From a virus: a DNA stretch of 13,196 nt. A program made the position numbers and the translations under genes. The notes beneath the pieces are model-generated. The model made no database searches. It was not told where the DNA came from and saw only the letters and a list, made by a program, of their open reading frames with translations. The stretch is taken from positions 1-13,196 of IMG/VR virus record IMGVR_UViG_3300045988_123862. One strand, given 5' to 3'. This document shows positions 1 through 4,980 of this stretch, one piece after another; positions within the stretch are counted from its first letter, which is position 1; every line of letters begins with the position of its first letter.

Positions 1-59
1 CTAAAGTGCTAAAGCGTAAGCAATGCTTTAGTGTAGTAAAGTGGTAAAGCGGTGAAGCG
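1..59. repeat. Terminal octamer reiterations NTAAAG(T/C)G; candidate replication-origin / TP-polymerase recognition region
   Basis: CTAAAGTG (1-8), CTAAAGCG (9-16), GTAAAGTG (36-43), GTAAAGCG (44-51), GTGAAGCG (52-59). An inverted GCTTTAG (25-31) can pair with CTAAAGC (9-15). Confidence 0.7.
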
Positions 60-120
60 AGTGCAAATAAAAAATAATACCCTTACGCGATAAAGAGCAA
101 AAATATTTAGTTAAATAAGA

Positions 121-149
121 TTAACAAATACATAAAAGAAAAATATAAT
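121..149 (+). promoter_or_regulatory. Sigma-A type promoter, outer one in the left ITR
   Basis: TTAACA (121-126), 17-bp spacer, TATAAT (144-149), with AT-rich sequence upstream. Confidence 0.6.
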
Positions 150-165
150 GTTTACAAATTATTCA

Positions 166-194
166 TTGACAATGGCGGTGTAGTGTGGTATACT
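166..194 (+). promoter_or_regulatory. Sigma-A type promoter, inner one in the left ITR, with extended -10
   Basis: TTGACA (166-171), 17-bp spacer, TATACT (189-194) preceded by TGg (186-188). The predicted start near 200 leaves a leader of roughly 80 nt before ATG 284. Confidence 0.7.
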
Positions 195-252
195 ATATAT
201 AGAGTTAAGGGAGAGGACAAGAAAAGAAACCTTAACAAATAAAATTTTTAAA

Positions 253-268
253 GTTGCAACGTTGCAAC
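253..268. promoter_or_regulatory. 16-bp palindrome GTTGCAACGTTGCAAC, copy 1 (exact), in the left ITR leader
   Basis: Exact 16-mer located between the ITR promoters and the SD. It ends 15 nt before ATG 284. Confidence 0.9.
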
Positions 269-283
269 AGAAAGGAAATTACC

Positions 284-943
284 ATGGAGAACATTATTAA
301 ATCAGAGAGTACAAACATTATGAACACATTCAAGAGCAATGCTCTGAGAGAAAGCACTCAGCGTATCTTTACAAGAATGGTGAATGTTGAGGACAACAAG
401 AAAGCTATCTGTACTGACCTTGCCGAGATATACAACAACGGCACATGGAAAGACGATTTCGGTGACTTTGGCGATTACACCATGACAATGTTTAATATCA
501 CAAAGTCAACAGCAAGCCGTATGAGAAGAGTTTCAGATAAGTTCATAACTGACATTAACTCACTGCTCAATGCTGAAATGTTCACATTCAATCAGCTTGC
601 AGTGCTGGTAACTCTTGACAATGAAGTTATCGAGAACTCAATGATAAACCCAGACATGACAATAAAACAGCTGAGAGAGTTTGTCAACAGCACCAAGGCA
701 CTTGAAATGAAAGACACTGAGGAAGCGGTAGAAAAGGAACTCGAGGAAATAGAAGATGAAGTTGAGGAAACAATAAGGGCTGAAAGTTGCAACGTTGCAA
801 CTAATGAAGAGGAAAATCCGAGAGATTTGGCACATTTTGAAAATCTTAAAGAGCTGTCAATGTGGGTCAATAAGCTTATGGAAAAAAGAGAAAATATCGA
901 AAATATTAACATGTCTTTTGATATTACAACAAAAGCACACTGA
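284..943 (+). CDS. HTH DNA-binding protein; first gene behind the left ITR promoters (candidate regulator)
   Basis: ATG 284 lies 7 nt after SD AAAGGA (271-276). The track start at 254 is a TTG inside the palindrome. FGDYTMTMFNITKSTASRMRRVSDKF reads as a helix-turn-helix of the ParB/DUF3102-like style (recollection, not searched). The C-terminal third is E/D-rich. Confidence 0.7.
   Translation: MENIIKSESTNIMNTFKSNALRESTQRIFTRMVNVEDNKKAICTDLAEIYNNGTWKDDFGDFGDYTMTMFNITKSTASRMRRVSDKFITDINSLLNAEMFTFNQLAVLVTLDNEVIENSMINPDMTIKQLREFVNSTKALEMKDTEEAVEKELEEIEDEVEETIRAESCNVATNEEENPRDLAHFENLKELSMWVNKLMEKRENIENINMSFDITTKAH
786..801. promoter_or_regulatory. 16-bp palindrome, copy 2 (exact), inside the HTH gene
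   Basis: Exact 16-mer encoding ..CNVAT.., 142 nt before the stop of CDS 284..943. Confidence 0.9.
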
Positions 944-962
944 GTATTAATTACTCAGTGTG
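936..962 (+). other. 11-bp stem / 5-nt loop hairpin overlapping the stop of the HTH gene
   Basis: CACACTGAGTA (936-946), TTAAT loop, TACTCAGTGTG (952-962). No U-tract follows, so it is not a canonical intrinsic terminator. Confidence 0.5.
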
Positions 963-984
963 ATAGAAAGAGAGGTGAATAAAA

Positions 985-1191
985 ATGAAAAAACTTTTTA
1001 AATGTGAGCTGTGTGGCAAAATTTATGAAGACGAAATAAAAGCTAAACAGTGTGAAAAAGGGCATGAGTACCCCTCTGAGGTTAAGCCCCTTGCTTACGG
1101 TGAGGGTTCTACATACCCCTATAAGGTTAAAGTAAAGTTTGGTAACTGTGAAGCAGTTTACAGATATGACAGCGGATTGTGGGGAATGTAG
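985..1191 (+). CDS. Small Cys-rich protein (CxxC-x12-CxxxH), function unknown
   Basis: SD AGAGGTG lies 8 nt upstream of ATG 985. The ORF encodes 68 aa, with KCELCGKIYEDEIKAKQCEKGH resembling a zinc-finger or zinc-ribbon knuckle. Confidence 0.6.
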   Translation: MKKLFKCELCGKIYEDEIKAKQCEKGHEYPSEVKPLAYGEGSTYPYKVKVKFGNCEAVYRYDSGLWGM

Positions 1192-1193
1192 CC

Positions 1194-1418
1194 ATGAAAA
1201 AAAGAACAAAAACAACATTAATTTCAGTTGTGATAATTTTAGCATTTGTCTTGTTTAATGTTTTTACCGATTACATTAATTGGAACGGCGGAAAATGCAG
1301 AGAGTGTAATGCACCATGGAAGTTAGTAGCAGTAACTAACAATGGCATTAGATTGTATCATTATGTTTGCCCAAAATGTGGAAAAACTATTGAAATAACA
1401 TGGCACATAGGGGGTTAA
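1194..1418 (+). CDS. Small membrane-anchored Zn-ribbon protein, function unknown
   Basis: ATG 1194 starts 2 nt after the previous stop; the track's GTG at 1179 is less likely. The protein has a basic N-terminus (KKRTK), one TM segment (LISVVIILAFVLFNVF), then CRECN...CPKCG (4-Cys ribbon). Confidence 0.6.
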   Translation: MKKRTKTTLISVVIILAFVLFNVFTDYINWNGGKCRECNAPWKLVAVTNNGIRLYHYVCPKCGKTIEITWHIGG

Positions 1419-1422
1419 GGTT

Positions 1423-1584
1423 ATGAAGATAACAATAAAATCAATCGTAACAATCCTACTAACGATTGTATTTTGTCTACTATCACTAGCAGGAAAGATA
1501 ACGAGTGACCAGTATATGACAGTATTTACAACTGTTATCGCCTTTTATTTTGGCACTCAGTTCTCAAAAAATGGTAAAGTATAA
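1423..1584 (+). CDS. Small 2-TM membrane protein (holin/antiholin-like); below the ORF-track size cutoff
   Basis: My own translation gives MKITIKSIVTILLTIVFCLLSLAGKITSDQYMTVFTTVIAFYFGTQFSKNGKV. GGGGGT lies 7-8 nt upstream. The stop TAA overlaps the next ATG (TAATG), suggesting translational coupling within a lysis cluster. Confidence 0.5.
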   Translation: MKITIKSIVTILLTIVFCLLSLAGKITSDQYMTVFTTVIAFYFGTQFSKNGKV

Positions 1585-1793
1585 TGTGGAGTACGATAAT
1601 AGTTGCGGTGCTATCCTTGATAGGAACATTTATTGGTAGCTATTCGGGGTTCAAGCTGACAGAATATAGGGTACAACAGTTAGAGAACCGAGTGGCAGAA
1701 CACAACAACTTTGCAAGACGGTTACCAGTTGTTGAAGAACAGATAAAGGTAATCAACCATAGATTAACAGATTTGGAGGAAAAAGAAAAATGA
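1584..1793 (+). CDS. Holin-like protein, BhlA/UviB type
   Basis: An N-terminal TM segment (STIIVAVLSLIGTFIGSYSGF) is followed by a charged coiled-coil tail. ATGA overlaps with the endolysin start, directly upstream of the lysin. Confidence 0.6.
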   Translation: MWSTIIVAVLSLIGTFIGSYSGFKLTEYRVQQLENRVAEHNNFARRLPVVEEQIKVINHRLTDLEEKEK

Positions 1794-2458
1794 CATTTAA
1801 GGAATATGTTTCTAAAACCCTTGGCAAGTCGGTTGAGTTTGACGGAGTTTATCCTTACCAGTGTTGCGATTTAGTAAACGACTATATGCAGAAATGTTTT
1901 AACGTTTTTACATATTATCCATACAATTTCAATGCACAGCAGTATTTTACACGTTTCAATGAGGTATCGGCTCTTGTAAAGAATTTTACAAAAATTGCAA
2001 ATACCCCAGAATTTGTACCAATGCAAGGTGATATTTGTATTTTTAAATCGGCTGATAATATCGGGCATATCTCAATAGCCACTGGTGAGGGAGATACAAG
2101 GTATTTTTACAGTTATGACCAGAACTGGAACGGACACAACTTTGTCGCAAAAGAACGGCATACCTATACTAATTTCTTAGGTGTTCTGAGATATAAAGGC
2201 AATGCCCTTGATACTACAGGTTTAAAACGTGGAGATAATAATGTAGGTGTTTACGCATACAAAATGATGTTAAAACTTGCAAAAACTTGTAAAATAATTA
2301 GTACAAGTGTTGATTTTAACGGCATATACGGCAAGGGTACTGAAAAGGCTACAAACGAGATTTTGCGGAAGCTGAAAAAGAAAGAAAATGGAATAGCAGG
2401 GGTAAAGCTAATCAACGCACTTTATGAAGCTATTCTTGACAAAGTAGTTAATTTTTAA
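1790..2458 (+). CDS. Endolysin: N-terminal CHAP peptidase/amidase plus C-terminal putative peptidoglycan-binding domain
   Basis: CHAP-type catalytic context is present: PYQCCDLVNDY (Cys) and IGHISIA (His). The C-terminal 70 aa (GVYAYKMMLKLA...NGIYGKGTEKATNEILRKL) resembles PG_binding_1. Confidence 0.85.
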   Translation: MTFKEYVSKTLGKSVEFDGVYPYQCCDLVNDYMQKCFNVFTYYPYNFNAQQYFTRFNEVSALVKNFTKIANTPEFVPMQGDICIFKSADNIGHISIATGEGDTRYFYSYDQNWNGHNFVAKERHTYTNFLGVLRYKGNALDTTGLKRGDNNVGVYAYKMMLKLAKTCKIISTSVDFNGIYGKGTEKATNEILRKLKKKENGIAGVKLINALYEAILDKVVNF

Positions 2459-2505
2459 CAGATAATACGTTATGTGAGCATTTAACAATACAACAGCAAA
2501 TTGAT

Positions 2506-2548
2506 AATAATTAACATTTATAAAAATAATTAACATTTATAAAAATAA
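2506..2548. repeat. Tandem direct repeat, 19-bp unit AATAATTAACATTTATAAA x 2.3
   Basis: Exact copies occupy 2506-2524 and 2525-2543, with a partial copy at 2544-2548. It lies in the 188-nt non-coding gap between the lysin and SSB genes. Confidence 0.9.
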
Positions 2549-2646
2549 GAGTGCTAAACCGTTATTGTTATCTAACGTACATAACTATTATATATTACGG
2601 TCACACAATATTGAACAAATTACAAAACATGAAAGAGGTTTTAAAC

Positions 2647-2985
2647 ATGAGTGGATTTAACGTAAACATGACAAAAAAGGACATATTTAACGCAAAAAGT
2701 GGAAGCATTTCAATCAAGACAGCAGAAGCGGCAGAGTGGCACACTGTATCGGGCTGTGCAGTGGTAGAAAATGGTGGACTTGACAGAGATAAGAAGCCAT
2801 GTGATATTGGCTATATTGCTACTGATATCGGGGTGTTTGGGTTCTCGTCAAAGGTCTGCCTAGACCATATGGAAGAGTTGGCAGATATTCTCAGCGACTG
2901 CCTTAACGACGGTGAAGAAGTAAAGGTAAGATTTGTAAAGGGTAAATCAACCAACGGCGAGTTCTATTCAATTCAGATACAGTAA
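2647..2985 (+). CDS. Single-stranded DNA-binding protein, phi29 p5-like
   Basis: SD AAAGAGG lies 8 nt before ATG 2647; the track start at 2551 has no SD. IFNAKSGS and the C-terminal VKVRFVKGKSTNGEFYSIQIQ match my recollection of phi29 p5 (IFNAQTGG ... KVKVVQGTSSKGNVFFSLQL). The size of 112 aa is similar. Confidence 0.6.
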   Translation: MSGFNVNMTKKDIFNAKSGSISIKTAEAAEWHTVSGCAVVENGGLDRDKKPCDIGYIATDIGVFGFSSKVCLDHMEELADILSDCLNDGEEVKVRFVKGKSTNGEFYSIQIQ

Positions 2986-3000
2986 ATAACAAATCGGCAG

Positions 3001-3027
3001 AACGTGGCAATAAAAAGTTGCCACGTT
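3001..3027. other. 10-bp stem hairpin built from a degenerate half copy plus the first part of palindrome copy 3
   Basis: AACGTGGCAA (3001-3010), loop TAAAAAG, TTGCCACGTT (3018-3027). Confidence 0.6.
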
Positions 3028-3032
3028 GCAAC
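3017..3032. promoter_or_regulatory. 16-bp palindrome, copy 3 (1 mismatch: GTTGCcACGTTGCAAC), upstream of the connector gene
   Basis: Preceded by AAAAA. It ends 21 nt before TTG 3054. Confidence 0.85.
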
Positions 3033-3053
3033 CGATTGAAAGGGGTGAAAAAA

Positions 3054-4010
3054 TTGGGTTCAAAAATAAAGCCGTGGAGTTGGAGTGAGTTCGGGGTATC
3101 AAACATTGATAAATCACAATTAACAAGCTACTATTACAAAATGCTGTTAAATCGTGTTATTAATATGTTTACATGGGAAAATCTACCTGATACAATTGAT
3201 GAGCAAGTGATGAATTTTTGGCTATTTGTTACTGGAAGAGTTGTTTTCACTGAGTTTAATGGAAAACTATATGCACTAAATGGTAATTACGGTGGTTATC
3301 CTAACGAATACTATTTACCTACTGAATTTGTTGTAGCTAATCCGATTTTAGGAAATAAAATCGTAAAGTTAGATATTGACGGAGTTGCAATGTTTAACAG
3401 TGATACGGATAAATACCCTACACAAGGGCTAGTGGGTGGTTTATATCCTATATTGACGCTAACAGCAAATATGTTGGCTGATTGCGTAACAACAATTTCC
3501 AGTGCATTGAAAAACGGCAGAGTTCAAACAGCGTTTATATGTAAAGATGATACAGTGCGAATTGCAGGGGAAAAAGTTCTAAAACAGTTATACAACGGTA
3601 ATCCAGCCGTTATGATTGATGATACAATACTAAATTGTATTTCGCCAATCAAAATGGCAGATAATACAAGTGTTGCTACAATCCTACAACAGACAGTTGA
3701 AACGTACCAATTTTGGTTGGCTAATTTTTACAATTCTATCGGTGTAAACGCAAATTTCAACATGAAACGAGAACGGCTAAACACGGCTGAGGTTAATATT
3801 AACGATAGTGCATTATTTGTAAATGTTGTTAATATGCTAAATAACCGTCAGCAGGCAGTCGATAAAATTAACGCTATGTTTGGGGTAGACATTTCTGTAA
3901 AAATTTCTGAAGAGTGGAAGGATTTAGTAAAAACTGAGGAAGAGCCTACCGAGGAAAATCCAACAGAGGAAGAGGGAAACGACAATGCGAAAGATGATAA
4001 CGCTGAATGA
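3054..4010 (+). CDS. Head-tail connector / upper collar (portal), phi29 gp10-like
   Basis: TTG 3054 lies 7 nt after GGGGTG. MFTWENLPDTID matches phi29 gp10 LFEWENLPPTIN, and NMKRERLNTAEV matches KKERMVTDEV. The C-terminal tail is acidic. Confidence 0.9.
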   Translation: MGSKIKPWSWSEFGVSNIDKSQLTSYYYKMLLNRVINMFTWENLPDTIDEQVMNFWLFVTGRVVFTEFNGKLYALNGNYGGYPNEYYLPTEFVVANPILGNKIVKLDIDGVAMFNSDTDKYPTQGLVGGLYPILTLTANMLADCVTTISSALKNGRVQTAFICKDDTVRIAGEKVLKQLYNGNPAVMIDDTILNCISPIKMADNTSVATILQQTVETYQFWLANFYNSIGVNANFNMKRERLNTAEVNINDSALFVNVVNMLNNRQQAVDKINAMFGVDISVKISEEWKDLVKTEEEPTEENPTEEEGNDNAKDDNAE

Positions 4011-4656
4011 ATGGGCTGAAAAATTCCCTGCTATAAGTACTATTTTTGACAAGGTATCAGCAGACTTGAAGCTATTTACAGTTTTCACGTCCTCTGAAAT
4101 GTTCTCTTATTTTATAAACAAGTTCGGCGAACGTGATTTTTATAAGTATTATGATAATGCAACAAGTAATGCCAATATGGTAAAACAGGCAAGCGACTAT
4201 ATAGCATTATATGGTAAATCTCACAAGTATGAGTATGACAAGCTAGTCGATACCCTATCACTGGAATACAACCCCATTGAGAACTATTCCATGACAGAAA
4301 AAGGAACAGATACACGAACACCAAATATCACGCAAACCAATAAGGGAACAAATACCAATACCGCAGGAGTTGACACTGCAATCACAACAGGCAAAACTAC
4401 ATTTGATAAATCAGATAGTTTTATCAATGATACAAAAACTACCAATACAGGAACTAACACCGATACGCAGGATATAGACACTACAGTAACAACAGCAGGA
4501 AATGAAAAAACCGAGCATGAACTTACAAGAAGTGGCAATATCGGAGTTACCACGTCACAACAGATGATTGAAAGTGAACGTAAATTGGCAATGTTTTCTG
4601 TAGTCGATTTGTTCGTTAAGGCAATAGCTGATATTATTCTAATCGGAGTATATTAA
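3985..4656 (+). CDS. Lower collar protein, phi29 gp11-like
   Basis: It lies immediately after the connector with a 26-nt overlap and an upstream SD GAGGAAGAGGGA. The central region is T/N-rich and beta-prone. The C-terminal SGNIGVTTSQQMIESE motif is typical of lower-collar proteins as I recall them. Confidence 0.6.
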   Translation: MRKMITLNEWAEKFPAISTIFDKVSADLKLFTVFTSSEMFSYFINKFGERDFYKYYDNATSNANMVKQASDYIALYGKSHKYEYDKLVDTLSLEYNPIENYSMTEKGTDTRTPNITQTNKGTNTNTAGVDTAITTGKTTFDKSDSFINDTKTTNTGTNTDTQDIDTTVTTAGNEKTEHELTRSGNIGVTTSQQMIESERKLAMFSVVDLFVKAIADIILIGVY

Positions 4657-4660
4657 AAAA

Positions 4661-4676
4661 GTTGCAACGTTGCAAC
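4661..4676. promoter_or_regulatory. 16-bp palindrome, copy 4 (exact), upstream of the small-ORF/MCP module
   Basis: Preceded by AAAAAA (4655-4660). It ends 16 nt before ATG 4693. Confidence 0.9.
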
Positions 4677-4692
4677 TAGAAAAGAGGAGAAA

Positions 4693-4980
4693 ATGCAAAA
4701 AGTGAGAAGTCCTACATATGCTGAAAATTATGTCAATCTTGCAAGAGCGGTTGTATTAAAAGTAGTAGTAGATACGCTCCAAAATAAGGAAGATTTAAAA
4801 GACTATATTTTATATAGTGATGATTTTGTGTTTTGGTTATGCCTTGCAGATTGGTTAAAATATGAAAATGTTATTAAAGATAAGTTTTCATGTTTTAAAG
4901 GGATTGACAATACGCTAAGAAAGAAACTAAATAACTATTATCGCTTAAAAGGCGAAGAAATAAAGAGAGGTAAATTATAA
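4693..4980 (+). CDS. Hypothetical protein (95 aa) in the position phi29 uses for scaffold gp7
   Basis: SD AAGAGGAG is followed by ATG 4693, and TAATG couples it to the MCP gene. I recognise no sequence similarity to gp7; the scaffold idea rests on position and size only. Confidence 0.55.
   Translation: MQKVRSPTYAENYVNLARAVVLKVVVDTLQNKEDLKDYILYSDDFVFWLCLADWLKYENVIKDKFSCFKGIDNTLRKKLNNYYRLKGEEIKRGKL

Larger units (their letters stand above)
1..276. repeat. Left inverted terminal repeat (276 bp)
   Basis: Bases 1-276 are the exact reverse complement of 12921-13196. Identity breaks at 277 (a) versus the complement of 12920 (c). Confidence 0.97.

Noticed and set aside
253-268. Identity of the 16-mer with known operator families: parS (TGTTCCACGTGAAACA), CcpA cre (TGWAANCGNTNWCA), LexA/Cheo box (GAAC-N4-GTTC), FNR/CRP-type TTGAT-N4-ATCAA, and LacI/PurR-type boxes.
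   Set aside because: It shares only generic features with these (16-bp dyad, central CG, TTGNA-N4-TNCAA shape). Half-site bases or spacing differ in every case, so no assignment can be defended from sequence alone. A host factor remains possible.
253-268. The central AACGTT as an immunostimulatory CpG motif or as restriction-site (AclI-type) biology.
   Set aside because: The positional logic relative to genes explains the motif better. Phages normally avoid palindromic restriction sites rather than enrich them, and no sequence evidence links it to host immunity.
804-950. A 48-aa basic ORF in the +1 frame starting 2 nt after palindrome copy 2 (MKRKIREIWHILK...).
   Set aside because: It has no SD and lies fully inside the HTH gene. 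Similar out-of-frame ATGs follow other copies by chance without ORFs.
2506-2548. The 19-bp tandem repeat as a CRISPR array or attachment site.
   Set aside because: The units are directly adjacent with no spacers, there are only 2.3 copies, the sequence is extremely AT-rich, and no cas or integrase genes are present.
4290-4510. A Thr/Asn-rich repetitive stretch (TDTRTPNITQTNKGTNTNTAGVDTAITTGKTT...NTGTNTDTQDIDTTVTTAG) as a DNA repeat element.
   Set aside because: It is an in-frame low-complexity coding region of the lower-collar protein, probably forming long beta hairpins of the tube. There is no exact nucleotide periodicity.
4661-4692. The palindromes as sigma-A promoters (TTGCAA as -35), class II activator sites, or sigma-54 promoters (TGGCAA-N-TTGCC at 3005-3022).
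   Set aside because: Only 15-23 nt separate each motif from the start codon, and that space is filled by the SD, so there is no room for a -10 and a leader. The GG-to-GC spacing at 3006/3020 is 14 rather than the 12 required for sigma-54, and the consensus copies lack TGGCAC.
2436-4933. Additional promoter-like matches inside CDSs: TTGACA 2436 with a 19-bp spacer to GATAAT; TTGACA 2780-17-TGtGATATT; TTGATA 3106-17-TACTAT; TTGACA 4904-18-TAAATA.
   Set aside because: Their spacers are non-optimal or their -10 hexamers weak, and such matches are expected by chance in AT-rich DNA. I did not report them as features.
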